Below are positions 49,941 to 62,669 of a stretch of 64,000 nt of DNA, in pieces. The translations under genes were made by a program, and so were the position numbers. The notes beneath the pieces are model-generated. The model had not been told where the DNA came from. It made no database searches and worked only from the letters and a program-made list of their open reading frames with translations. Numbering within the stretch: the first letter of the stretch is position 1; the number at the start of each line of letters is the position of its first letter. This DNA comes from Rhina ancylostomus (lineage: Eukaryota), in contig JARFYF010000119.1 in assembly GCA_030265395.1 (NCBI GenBank), forward strand, positions 13,518,860 through 13,582,859, in the 5' to 3' direction.

Positions 49941-50849
49941 TGACAGAGTTTGGAATAGATCATTTATTTATTTTCCACCTGACGCCAGTCTGAGTAGCTA
50001 CCTGTGGACATTTATTGGAGTTAGCTGAGTAGAAAGAGTTAAAACTTCCCTCATATAGGACTGACTTGGTAAGCATGGTATTCTAATTGAATCAGATCTA
50101 CCATTAGATGTTGTCCAGTTGTCCATTGTCTGATTTCTCCAAAATCCAAGTACCCTATAGCTCCCATGATTGCATTCTGATAATGATTGCTAACAGAACC
50201 TTCCCTGCTTTCAGTCTTGTTGCTATTGTCAGACATGGTTCTGACCAACATCTTCACCTGTTTCAAAGTAAGGCTCATCGTAGAACTGGACTAAGGAGCA
50301 AGAGGAGCAATAAAATGGCTGAGGCTTTCCAAAAAAAGTCACTAAATTTTGCCATTTAGTGTGAGGTATTTGCAGGGCAGGGAAACCAATGGTTAGCAAG
50401 AAGGGTTTCATGAATACTCATGAACTTTACATTAGACAGTGCAATTCCATGCAAAACCCTTGCCACTGAATGCGTTTTATCTAGAAAAATAGAACAATAT
50501 ATGTGTGGCTTAGTCAGTATGAAGCAAAGTTCAATATATTGTGAATATTTTTCAGAAAAAAGATGGTTGGAAGGGAGTGAGCACAGTCAAAGCATGGCAC
50601 TTAAGTCAAGCAAAATCCTACCAATCTGGAGAAAAATATATAATCTTAAACTTTTGGCCATTAGTTACTATTTACTTGTTTCAATTACCTGGTTCTCAAA
50701 CCTTTTTGGCGAGGCTCCCAACAAATATTCTCTTTTTATCCCATCAGTTAAAGACATCATTTATTTGCCTTTTCTCCCTCTTCTGTTTTCTGAATCTTAG
50801 TTCATTTCTTCTCTTCACCAAGCTCTTTCACTTTTAATTCTCGTGTTAT

Positions 50850-51048
50850 TCAACGCTATTACAGCGCCAGTCAATTCCAGCGGTTCAATTCCAGCCAGTC
50901 TGTAAAGAGTTTGTACATTCTCCCCATGTCTGCATGGGTTTCCTCCGGATGCTCCGGTTTCCTCCCACATTCCAAAGACATACAGGTTAGGAAGTTGTGG
51001 GCATGCTATGTTGACACCGGAAGCGCGGCAACACTTGCGGGCTGGCCC
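50850..51048 (+). mobile_element. tRNA-derived V-SINE, cut at its 3' side by an LTR
   Basis: Same sequence as 10277-10570 in reverse; stops at gcgggctggccc, where TGTCATGG begins. Confidence 0.85.
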
Positions 51049-51159
51049 TGTCATGGTTCTGAGTTCTGGCACTCAATTTGGTTCCATTAATGCCTTGTTG
51101 TCCAGCACATGGATTCCATGCTGGACTGATTACATAACAACACACACCTGAGCCCCATC
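51049..51159 (+). mobile_element. LTR 5' end running into a gap
   Basis: tgtcatggttctgagttctgg...cacatggattcc is the reverse complement of 49354-49422. Confidence 0.8.
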
Positions 51160-53714
51160 NNNNNNNNNNNNNNNNNNNNNNNNNNNNNNNNNNNNNNNNN
51201 NNNNNNNNNNNNNNNNNNNNNNNNNNNNNNNNNNNNNNNNNNNNNNNNNNNNNNNNNNNNNNNNNNNNNNNNNNNNNNNNNNNNNNNNNNNNNNNNNNNN
51301 NNNNNNNNNNNNNNNNNNNNNNNNNNNNNNNNNNNNNNNNNNNNNNNNNNNNNNNNNNNNNNNNNNNNNNNNNNNNNNNNNNNNNNNNNNNNNNNNNNNN
51401 NNNNNNNNNNNNNNNNNNNNNNNNNNNNNNNNNNNNNNNNNNNNNNNNNNNNNNNNNNNNNNNNNNNNNNNNNNNNNNNNNNNNNNNNNNNNNNNNNNNN
51501 NNNNNNNNNNNNNNNNNNNNNNNNNNNNNNNNNNNNNNNNNNNNNNNNNNNNNNNNNNNNNNNNNNNNNNNNNNNNNNNNNNNNNNNNNNNNNNNNNNNN
51601 NNNNNNNNNNNNNNNNNNNNNNNNNNNNNNNNNNNNNNNNNNNNNNNNNNNNNNNNNNNNNNNNNNNNNNNNNNNNNNNNNNNNNNNNNNNNNNNNNNNN
51701 NNNNNNNNNNNNNNNNNNNNNNNNNNNNNNNNNNNNNNNNNNNNNNNNNNNNNNNNNNNNNNNNNNNNNNNNNNNNNNNNNNNNNNNNNNNNNNNNNNNN
51801 NNNNNTAATAGCAATCCTTTTGGTGAGGAAGTTTGCCATCAATGGATCATCTGGTATATACAGGACTCCAGACGTGCAGCAAAATGGTTCACGTTTAACT
51901 ACCAGCTCAAGTGCACTACCCTGTTGTTTTGACACGAAAGAAGAAACAGGCAGAGCATCTGCCAACAAGCCAGATACTGAATTCTCCTCTATTTTCTTGG
52001 GGCAGCTATGGAGGAGCAATAAATCCCAGCCTGGGGTGATGCCCACACCCTGAAAAATGTATAACAGGAATTATGCATGACTCGTATAGTAATTCAGAGA
52101 ATCCTTTGCTGAAGTATTCTTTTGAGCACTTGCTTATTAATTTTGAGCCCTACTCCTCAAATTCTTTAAAAAGGACCATATCCCATTTCCTTCTATGCTG
52201 TTGGTTTCTTTCATATTAAAAGCAGCTGGATCCTCTCCCTCTTACTACCCAAGCAAATCCTGAAATGCATCACAGAGATGTAATGTGGTTGAATCCAATT
52301 GAGATCTTTTAAGGAGAGTCTTAAAGAAGAAGCAATGAGTTTAACAACCAATTCCAGTGCAATAAGCCTTATTCTGTCTATTTTATTGGTTTTTACCTGG
52401 ACCACAACAGTATGCTCCTTCTCTTAGCATAGAAGTAAATCTCAAAGTGCAGGACAGAAATATAATGTGACAAACATGGATGTTAAGTCCAACATAGAAA
52501 TACTGTGGTTGAGGTGATCAATGCAGTTGAATTTGAAGTGTATCTTGAAGAAGAGAGCTATTCAGAGACAAACACAATCTTCCAAGCTGGTGCATAGAAA
52601 GGAAGAGATACACAAGAGATCAGAGTTGAAAAAAGGAGGAATTTGATGGGATCATAGAATTAGAGAAGGTAACTCAGGTAGGGCATGCCAAGACTATGGT
52701 TAGATTAACATGAGGATGAAAAATCCTAAATTGAAGGTTGGGATCCAATGTAGATCGATAATTTGAGGCATGGTGCAAATGAAGAATATTTCATGTATTC
52801 TGGGATCGGGAGTGATGACTGCCAGATAGAGAGATACCTAACTACAAAGGCCACTGGGAAGAGAATGGGCTAGATCTGAATCTAGGTGAGTTTATGCAAA
52901 CCACTACAATTTGTTATGATGAGTGTAAATGTGGATAACTCAAAGTGAGATCCTACTGGCTTGTACTGTGTCTGAAAATAATTAGCCCCTGAATTTAAAG
53001 GTCACTGAAACTCAATTAGATTGAAGAAACTTACCAAAACTGCCAGTTGGGAGCAAGCAAGATTTGAAGAAAAATATCATGAAGTTCAGCACAACAAATT
53101 AAGGCTGCAGCCATTTATATCCAGATTTACTTAACAATGCAGGTGACATTGTGTTAGGATAAATTTATAAACAATATTTGATTATTTTTATATTTCATAA
53201 ACTAATATAATTGGGAAACTTCCAGTTGAGGAAGAAAATTCAAGATTCTAAATCAAACTAACATCAATAGAGCTCTTTTGAACAATGTTTTGGTCATTAT
53301 CTCTGTTCAGTATTTCTTCCTTGTTCAGGACTTGCAGTTTTAAAAAATTGATGATGTTGCTCAACTTAGTGCAGCTTTCGTCCTTGTTACGTGAATTATA
53401 CTGCTTTTAATTTTCTATATGTAGTATGTAGTCAAAGAAATGTGTGATTGGAATGATGGTTGGGGAGGAATCCTAATACTTAACAGCATGAGGGAGAAAA
53501 GAAAAATTTGAGGTTGATAGTTGTACCATCATATTTGAACAGGAAGTACTTTGCTCAAATATGGATGCTCTCTTTTAGTTCCCCTGTCTGGATAAATGAA
53601 TAATGCAACTGTATAATTAACAATCTCTGTAAACATATCAATTTTAAAAACTAAATAATTCAAACATAACTGTTGCAGTCATTGTATTTCTTCCTCTTCT
53701 GTATTTCTTGCTCC

Positions 53715-54040
53715 ACCCCTTCCCCTCACCTCTTTATACTGTCTATCTCCCCTCTACTCATTCAGTCTGGACGAAGGGTCTAAACTTGAAATGTCAACTG
53801 TCAACTCTACAGATGCTGCCTGGCCTGCTGAATTCCTTGCGCAGTTTGTTTTTTTTTCCAGATTCCAGCATCTGCAGTCTTGTCTCCTGGCTGCATCTGT
53901 GATGGACCCTGACAAAGGGTGTCAAACCTGAAACATTGACTCTGTTTCCCTTCGCACAAATGTGGCCAGACTGGCTGAGTGTTCCCAACATTTTCAGTTT
54001 CTGTTTTAAATTTCCAACATCTGCAGATTTTTGATTTTCA
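53715..54040 (+). mobile_element. Two tandem Penelope-associated terminal repeats from different subfamilies
   Basis: cagtctggacgaagggtc...gaaatgtcaact...cagatgctgcc followed by ccctgacaaagggtgtcaaacctgaaacattgact. Confidence 0.65.
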
Positions 54041-54067
54041 CCTTTCTAGTCTCATTGACATTATATA

Positions 54068-55731
54068 TTGCAAAACTTCGATTGTACTATACCTAATTGT
54101 TCAGAAATCCTGATGGTCTGGCATCTGGCTCACTGCATGGTATTTCTCGCACCCTTTTAACTCAATAGATGCTTATTTCTGGCACCCTTTTAACTCACTG
54201 GGTTCTGTTTCCCTTGCTCTCTTTGAACTCACCAGGGCCCTGTTAACCACACTTTTTTGATTCTCTTTCCAGCAGTGCTTTCAACATAGAACAGTACAGC
54301 TCTGGACAGGCCATTTGCCCCATGATATTGTGCCAATCTAGATGCCAATTTATACCAAATGTCCAACTTGTGTGTATCATCCATATCCCTCCATTCCTTT
54401 CATATTTGTGTGTCTATCTAAAAGCCTCTTAAACTCCACCAAACTGCCTGCTTCCACTACTACCCCTGGTAATCCATTCTAGGCCCTACCCCTCTCTGCA
54501 TTTTTTAAAAAAAACCTGCCCCTCACATAGCCCTTAAACTTCCCCCCTCTAACCTTAAAGGCATGTCCTCTGGTGTTTGACATTTCTACACTGGGGGAAA
54601 AGATTCTGACTGTCTACCCTATGGATGCCTCTCATAATCTTAAAAACCTCAATCAGGTCTCCCCTCAGCCTCCAACGCTTCAGGGAGAACAACCTAAGTT
54701 CATCCAAGCTCTCCTTCAAGCTCATACGCACTAATCTAGGCAGCGTCCTGGTAAACCTCTTCTGCACCCTTTCCATAGTCTCCACATCCTTCCTATAATG
54801 GGACAAACAGAACTGTACACAATACTCCAAGTGTGGTCTGCCTGAAGTTTTATGTAGCTGCAGCATGAGCTCCCTACTCTTATACTCAACACCCTTACCA
54901 ATGAAGGCACGCATGCCATATGCCTTCTTTACCACCTTATCCACCTGCATAGCCAATTTCAGTGAACAATGGACCTGGACCCTAGTGCTACAGATCCCTC
55001 TGTACCTCAGTGCTATTAAGGGGCCCACCATTCACTGTATACTTTCTCCTTTCATTTGACTTCCTAAGTGCAACACCTCACACTTGCCCAGATTGAACTC
55101 CATCTGCCACTTCTCTGCCCGTATCTGTAACTGATCTATATCTCCTTGTATTCTTTGATAGTCCTTTACACTGTCCACAACTCCATCAATCGTGGTATCA
55201 TCCACAAACTTGCTAATCCACCCATCTACATTTTCATTTAAGTCATTGATGTATATCACAAACAGCTGAGGTCCAGGCACTGATCCTTGCAGAACACCAC
55301 TGGTGACAGTCCTCCAGTCAGCATAACAGCCTTCCAACCCTATTCTCTGTTTTCTATGGGCAAACCAGTTCCAAATCCAAATTTGCAATTTATGCTGGCC
55401 CCCATACACCTTTATCTTCTGGACATTATCATTCAGATTTTATATTCAGCAAGGGTCCATTTCCCACTCACCAGGGCTTCATTCCCTACACTCTCTTTAG
55501 ACGCACCAGGGCCCCTTTACACCCCTCCTTAAAACTTACTGGGCCCCCATTTACCACATTCCCTTTAAACTCACACAGTGCACTGGAAAATTTACTATAC
55601 AACTGTGTAACATTTTTTAAAAAGTGAATTAAAAGTGTTTTGGAATATTAATTGAGGTAATATCCAACAATTCAGATAATCTGCTGGTCATCAAAGTCTC
55701 AAGGGTGCTGAATTATTGGAGTTTTACTGTA
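54068..55731. mobile_element. Possible non-autonomous pogo/Tigger-like DNA transposon with an internal minisatellite, interrupted by CR1
   Basis: Right end ggagttttactg|TA (reverse of CAGTAAAACTCC). Degenerate left end ttgcaaaacttcg. Units like ccctttaactcaccagggccc occur on both sides of the CR1. Confidence 0.45.
54285..55420 (-). mobile_element. Comparatively well-preserved CR1 ORF2 (RT core to 3' tail)
   Basis: ORFs 55032..55409 (VTSGVLQGSVPGPQLFVIYINDL...SKFVDD) and 54555..55031 (RPHLEYCVQF...RLRGDLIEVFKIMRG). Confidence 0.92.
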
Positions 55732-55859
55732 CAATGAATGCAGAAAAAATGTACATATTGCAAATATTTAGATTATGGCACCTTAGGTTATAGCACCTAT
55801 CTTCAGCAGGCTGACTGAAAGCTCTCAACAATAGCAATATCCTGTATGTATGTGGTACT

Positions 55860-56430
55860 CTTCATCCTGCAAAACATTCTAAGTTCACTTTCACTGGAGT
55901 GATGAAAGTAAAAACTTGGCACTGAGCCACTTGAGGAGACAATAAAAGAGATGCCAATCAGGGAGTTAACTTTGAGGAATCATCTTAAGGGAGGAGAAAT
56001 GGAGAGGTTTAGGGATAGAATTCCAGAGATTAGGACTCTGTTAGCTGAAGGCACAATTGTCACTACCAATTCTTCAAAACTGAAGGTAATCAGATGTTGA
56101 AGTGGAAGATAGTAGAGCTGGATGAAATAACAAAGGTAGGAAGGGCAAGAGCATGAATGGATTTGAAAACAAAGAAGGGAATTTTCAAATCACAATCAAA
56201 GACCCAAGTAAGGGAGTGTGCACAGAGAGGGGCAGGAATGGCAGTCTGTGATAGATGAATGGTAGCCTGCTGACAACAACATTTTGGAGGACCTCAATTT
56301 TATGGGCTGTAGACCATGAAGACTGGCCAAGAGTGCATTGTAATAATCAGATCCAGAGAAAATGATATATAAATCCATTTGAGCTGAGGTAAGGACAAAT
56401 TGGGTGATGTTAAGGAAACAGCAATGTGGT
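55860..56430 (-). mobile_element. L2 LINE remnant
   Basis: ORFs 56196..56378 and 56300..56515: SLTSPNLSLPQL, DYYNALLASL. Confidence 0.55.
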
Positions 56431-57261
56431 GTGAGAAATTCACACGTGCAGAAAAAGACAGCATTGTGCTATTGAAGTTCAGCTTACCCCAGAACAGTTT
56501 TCTGGACTTCCTCACTTCTCAGTGGGATTTTCAAACTCCATGGCAATTTTTTTCCTATTTAATCTGCTTCAAAATGACATCAACTCTAGAACAACACACA
56601 ATATTCATCTATAGTGAGATTTTCCATATCACTGGCCTGAAAGACAACAGTTTTTATTTATGCACAGAACAACTAGGATACTCATCAATACCAAAGATGG
56701 CACCAGAGTGTGGCAACTCTTTGCAAGCTGTTCTCAGTAGATCTATTCATTACATCTATTATAATCTTTCTACTCATTTAAATCTAAATTCTATGACTTT
56801 AAGAATAACTAACAATGTTCTTTTACTCCATTCTGTCATTGCTGTTCCCTTTATACGACCTCGATGTTCTTACGTTTTGAAATTATGTGCATGGGTGGCA
56901 TGCAGAACAAAGTTTTTCACTGTATTTCAGTGCATGTGACAATAATATACCAATTAATAACCATTTAAACAAGTAGGAGCTGGGACTTGGAGTGAAAGGT
57001 TGGAGATTTCGAAAAAGGTGAGTCTCTGGGCTTTGTGTTCAGCTTCAGGGAGCAGAAGCCTTAAAGAGGCACATTTGCAAATTGTTAGTAATAATTGATT
57101 GACTAATTAACTAATTGGCAGCCAATAAAAAGAAGTTGGAGTGCAGCAGAGTGGTAGTTGTTGGAGTGGAGTGGCCCGGCCCGAGTTTGGAGAGTGAAAC
57201 CAGCTCTTCAGTGAAAAGGGACGTCAGAGAGAAGGCATAGCTAAGAACAGGTAAGGGATTT

Positions 57262-57937
57262 TGTTGTGCTATGAACCAGCAACAAAAGAAACACACTGAG
57301 ACATGTATAAGTGTTTAAAAACTACTTCATTAATATATTAATACCTACTAATGATAATAAGGAAAAGTAAAAATGTTAAACCTTGAACATTAACCCCCAA
57401 AGCTAACTAAATTTGTTGTGTGTGGCAAATTCCATGTCCAGGAATGGGTCTTAAAGTTTAATTCAGCAAGCCATAAGGTGAAACATGAGGAAAGGCTTCT
57501 TCAACAACCACTGTTTGGAGAAAAAAATATAGATATAGAGTATTGTGGCTGTCCACACCAACTACCTGTTTTCTTCTACAGGTCAACAACCAGGTGAACT
57601 CCACTTCTTCATTTTGTGTATGCCACACACTAGAACATCTGCAATGTGGCTGTCCACCCCAACTACCTGTTTTCCTCCACAAGTTAATGACAAAGTGAAC
57701 TCCACTGGATTACTCTCAATAATCCATATGTGGATTGTAGTGACAGTCAGTTATTGTTTCTCATCCATTGATAGAGAGAACAAGCAGGCTGGTGTCTCCC
57801 TCTTTCTTGTTTCTCTTTCAGACTGACTCCAATTGTCTGTTCCAACAATGCCATGACATTCTTTATCTTCTGTTGATGTAAGCATGCCACACACTCCCTT
57901 AAAGGGACCTTCACTAATAGTAACCTAGTCCCTAACA
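57262..57937 (-). mobile_element. Probable solo LTR (Gypsy-like TGTT...AACA termini)
   Basis: Starts tgttgtg and ends cctaaca. Internal ~60-bp direct duplication (tgtggctgtccac...gtgaactccact) near 57544 and 57645. TSD ambiguous. Confidence 0.55.
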
Positions 57938-58019
57938 GTTGTTATCATAGATTTGGCTTTGGTTCAGGAGGCTTTGTGAGCAGAGGCCAAGGTGAGACCT
58001 CTACATGTTGAGGAAAGTT

Positions 58020-59555
58020 TCCTTAATCAATATTTGACAAATGAGGTCCTTGAGGAGCAAAAGAAATCTGAGAACACTTAGAGAAATCAGGAGGACAGAA
58101 AGAGGACATGAGGTTGCTGGCAGATAGTGAAATAGAATTCCAAGGATTTCTATAGCTATATTAAGAGCAAAAGGGTAGGAAGGGATCAAATTAGTCCTCT
58201 GAAGATCAGTGTGGCCATCTATGCATGGAGCTGAAGAGATGGGTGAGATCTTAAATGAATTTTTAGCATGCGTATTTACTCTGGAGACATATTATAGAAC
58301 TGAGGCAAAAGAGTAGTGAGGTCATGGACCATATCTAGATTTAAAAAGTGCTGGCTGTCTTGAGGTGAATTAAGGTGGATAAATCCCCAGGGCCTGACAA
58401 GGTGTTCCTCAGACCTTGTGGACGGCTAGTGCAGAAAATGCAGGGGCCCTGGCAAAGATACTTAAAATATCCTTGTCCACAGATGAGGTGCTGGAAGATA
58501 GCTAATATCCTTCCATCATTCAAGGAAGCCTCTACGAATAAGTCAGGAAATTATAGGTCATGAGCCTGACATCAGTCATGGATAAATTACTGGAAGGTAT
58601 TCTGAGGAACAGGATATATCAAGTATTTGGACAGACAGGGCCTGACTAGGGATAGTCAACATGACTTAGTCCATGATAGGTCATGTCTAACCAATCTTAG
58701 TTTTTCAAAGGTTAACAAGAAGGTCCATGAGGAAAAGGCAGTGGACATTGTCTACATGGACATTAGCAAGCCTTTGACAAAGTCCCACATGGGAGGCTGC
58801 TCCAGAAGTTTAAGTTGAATTGTAGGGCTCTGAGATGTGCAGTAGAACGAAGGGACCTGGGAATACAGGTCCATATTTCCTTGAAAGTGGTATCCTAGGT
58901 AGATAGCATCGTAAAGAGCTTTTGGCACTTTAGCCTTCATAAATCAGGGCATAAAGTACAGGAGTTGGGATGTTATATGGAAGTTGTACAAGACGTTGGT
59001 GAGGCTGAATTTAGAGTATTGTGTGCAGTTCTGGTCACCTCTCCTACAGGAAAGAGATCAATAAGCTTGAAAGAGTGCAGAGAAAATTTACAAGGATGTT
59101 GCCGGGACTTGAGGATCTGAGTTATAGAGAAAGGATGAATAGTTAAGGACTTTATTCCCTGGAGCACAGGAGAATGATGGTAGATTTCTTTGAGGTACAC
59201 AAAATTGAGGGGTATCGATGAGGTGAATGCATGCAGGCTTTCCCCCAAAGCATGGGTGAGTCTAGAATGAGAGGACATAGGTTTAAGGTGTAATGTGAAA
59301 TATGTAAGGGGAATCTGGGGGGGAAAGAAGAATACTTCACTCAGAGGGTGGTATGAGTGTGGAACAAGTTGCCAATGGAAGTGGTAGACACAGGTTCAAT
59401 TGTAACATTTTAAGATAAGTTTGGATAGGTACATGAAGGGAGAGGTTTGGAGGGATATGATCCGGGTGCAGGTAGATGGGACTAGTCAGAAGATTAGACA
59501 CCATGAACTAGATGGGCCAAAGGGCCTTTTTCTGTGCTGTAATACTTTGACTCTC
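58020..59555 (+). mobile_element. CR1 LINE with internal deletion of the RT core
   Basis: DKSPGPD, GNYR, VDIVYMD, then a jump near 58810 to RDLGIQVH and the C-terminal motifs. CR1 tail gatgggccaaagggcc...ctgtgctgt. Confidence 0.9.
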
Positions 59556-59574
59556 TAATTACCAATTACTAATG

Positions 59575-60780
59575 TTACAATCTCCCACAGCTATCTCAGC
59601 TATATTTCTGCACGTCCTGCATCCTTTCAGAACCCCATTCAATTCTCCCAATTCCTCCATCTCTGACACATTTGATCTGACAATGAGACTTTCCACATCA
59701 GGGTGCCTTTAAGACATCTTCCTTCTTTCTGAACTATGGTCTCACTTCTGCCCAAGTTGATGTAGCCCTTGACTACATCTCATATATTTTCCTGCACCTC
59801 TGCTCTCTTCCCCCTTTCCTAGGGTTCTGGTCCTTGCCTTTCTCCCTGCTGGTCTCTGACTTCAGTGAATTGTCCTTTGCAGTTTCCACCAGCTCCAAGA
59901 TTCCACCAGTGGATACATCTTGCCCTCCCCTTCCCCCTTTCAGCATTTGAAAAGGACTGTTCAGTTTTGGGACTCCCTGGTCCACTCTTCTGTCCCACTC
60001 TTCTGTCCCCAACAGCTGCTCTCCTTCATATGGAGCTTTGCCATGCAGTCACAGGAGATGCAGCATCTGTCCTTCCACCTCTACCCTTCCCCACCAATCA
60101 GACAAAAACAATTCTGGAGGAAGCAGTGATTCACTTGCTCTTCCAATTTAGTGTACTGTATTTGGTGTTCACAATGTGGAGAAACCCAAGGCAGATTGGG
60201 TGACAACTTTGTGGAGCACCTGTGTCCATAAAGTTAACCCTGTTGCCTGCCACTTTAATTCTCAGTCCCACTCTCACTCAGATCTGATATTTATAAATAA
60301 GCCCCAAATGAAGCTTGAGGACCAGCACCATCTCTGCATGGACACATTGTATCCTTCTGGATGCAATAGTCAATTCTACAACTTGAGGTAATTAGCTTTC
60401 TCTGTCTGTATCAGAACTGGCTATATCTGGTGTAAATCATTTATAGGTGATATTGGCTCAGTTTTTCTGTCTGTTAGCACAGCCTATTCTGCTGGGCATG
60501 TCTGACAGCCCTACATTTCACAACATTTTATTCTCCTTTCTCTGTATCATAGCAACAATTACCATTAAACCTTCAACCACAGGTTATCCACTAGTCTCAG
60601 CATATCAGAGATTCCCTTTGTCCTACCCATCTGTCCCCTACCTTCTCTGCAACTTAACTGTTTTCTTTCTCTCCCAGTTCTGCCAAAGGTTCTTTGACTT
60701 GAAACATTAACTCTGTTTCTCTTTCTACAGATACTGCCTGACCTACTGAGTGTTTGCAACATTTTGTGCTTTTATCTTAG
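59575..60780 (+). mobile_element. Penelope-like fragment with terminal repeat
   Basis: attcaattctcccaattcctcc (IxFSQFL); gtgattcacttgc...gtgtactgtatt (FTC..VYCI); gcctgccactttaattc; eroded hammerhead unit near 60675-60710. Confidence 0.7.
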
Positions 60781-60799
60781 GGCTTACTGTTTTCATTGT

Positions 60800-61205
60800 A
60801 ACAATGCCACTTGATTTGAAGGTAGTAAATATAGCCCTACTCCTTCAGAAAGGAAGCAGAGCAAAAGCAAGGAACTGTAGACTGGTTAGCGTGACACTGC
60901 TTTTAATTGGGAAAATAATATTTGACAAGTTTTTTTGGGTTGTAACAGGCAGAATACATGGGAATGAATCAGTTTATCTGGTGTATTTTGACTTTATGAT
61001 AAAGTGCCATACAAGAGATTATTAAACAATATACTGTTGTACATGGTTTATGGAAATAAATGGATCCCTTTCTGGTTGAAGGGCTGTGACTAGTGGAGAG
61101 CCATGGGGAATCAATGCTGTGGCCCTGGCTGTTCATAATCTATATTAATAATTTGGATGGGGGGGTCAGGAATAATATCCAAGTTTGCTGATGATACCAA
61201 ACACC
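60800..61205 (+). mobile_element. CR1 fragment
   Basis: NCRLVSVT, VYFDF..KCH, ccaagtttgctgatgatacc (KFADDT). Confidence 0.7.
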
Positions 61206-61639
61206 ATCTTTTGCTGTGGGTGGTGAAATGATTGGAGGCCACAGGAGATTTCCTCACTGGAAGATACAGTCACAGCTCCTGGGTTTCTAGCAGTGACCAA
61301 GATTTTTGGCATATGACCATTGGTCATCTGTTGAGATGAACTTGCATTTCCATATTTTCAGATGAAGTTTTCAAGGCACCAAGCAGTCTGGAAAACCCTG
61401 CAATCCTGACAGGTGTCTGTGCACACAGTGCTCTTCTATTAAGGAACTGAGTGCATTTGGCTCTCCAAGTTCCAATGGTTCTCATACCCTAGTGCCTGCA
61501 ATTGTGCTACAGCATTTGCTAGATCCTTTCACCTTACTGGAGTGTCCTCTGGAAAGACTGCTCCTCATTTAAATTACTTGAGAAACTGCCCTGAACACCT
61601 GTTGTGGGTATTGCCTCCTGGAACCATGACTTCCCTTCT

Positions 61640-62665
61640 ACCATTTTTAACAAAGCTCTTGACAGCATCTCATCCAATTTCCCTGCCTCTTCTCACACAC
61701 TGTCCTCCAGGACAGAACGAGATTAGGGCTCTCCTGGTCCTTGCCTTCCACCCCACTGGCTTCCACATTCAGTAGATCATTTCCCTGCAGTTTCTGCCAC
61801 CTTCAAAGAGATTCCACCACTAGACACATCTCCCCCTCTCCTCTCCTTGCAGTATTTCAGTGACCATTCCTTTCACAATTCCCTGGACCACTCCCACGTT
61901 TCCACCAACCACCCCCCTTATGGCACTTTCCCTTGCAACTGCAGGAGATGTTCATTTGTCTTTTCACCTCTTCCCTTCCCATTAACCAGTGACTGAAACA
62001 ATCTTCCAATTGAAGTAGCAATTCATTTGCACTTCCAATCTAGTGTACTGCATTCAGTGTTCACTATATGGTCTTCTCTATACTGGAGAAACCAAATACA
62101 GATTGGGTGACCACTTTGCAGAGCACCTGCATTCAGTCCACAAGGGCAACCCTGAGTTTCCTGTTGACTGCTACTTTAATTCTCCACCATAGTCCCATTT
62201 TGATCTATTGGTCTGTTACCTCCTGCACTGTTATAATGAATCCCAACACAAGCTTGAAGGACCAGTATCTCATCTTCTGTCTGGACATGGTGTTACCTTC
62301 TGGACTCAATAGTGAATTCTATAACTTCAGGTAACTTGATTTCTGTCTGTATCAGTTACCTACATATGATATTGGTTCAGCTTGTTTTATCGTCCAGCAG
62401 TGGAAGACATACCCAGCATGATATGCTGGGCATGTCTTCCTGCNNNNNNNNNNCTGTTTTCACTCTCTAACTGCTCCCATTCACTCATTCACCAAACAAC
62501 CTTATTTACAGCTTATTGCTATGGTTACTCCAGTTTTACCCTATCAGAGACAGAAAGCTTGTTAGCTGCAGTGTGTATAGTTTTTCTCTCCTTCCCAATT
62601 ATGATAAAGGGTCATTGACCTGAAACATTAACTGTTTCTCTTCCCACAGATGCAGCCTGACCTGA
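61640..62665 (+). mobile_element. Penelope-like fragment with GIY-YIG region and terminal repeat
   Basis: ctggtccttgccttccacccc (LVLAFHP); ctagtgtactgcattcagtgttc...ctctatactggagaaaccaaa (LVYCIQC...LYTGETK); gactgctactttaat. Confidence 0.8.
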
Positions 62666-62669
62666 GTTT

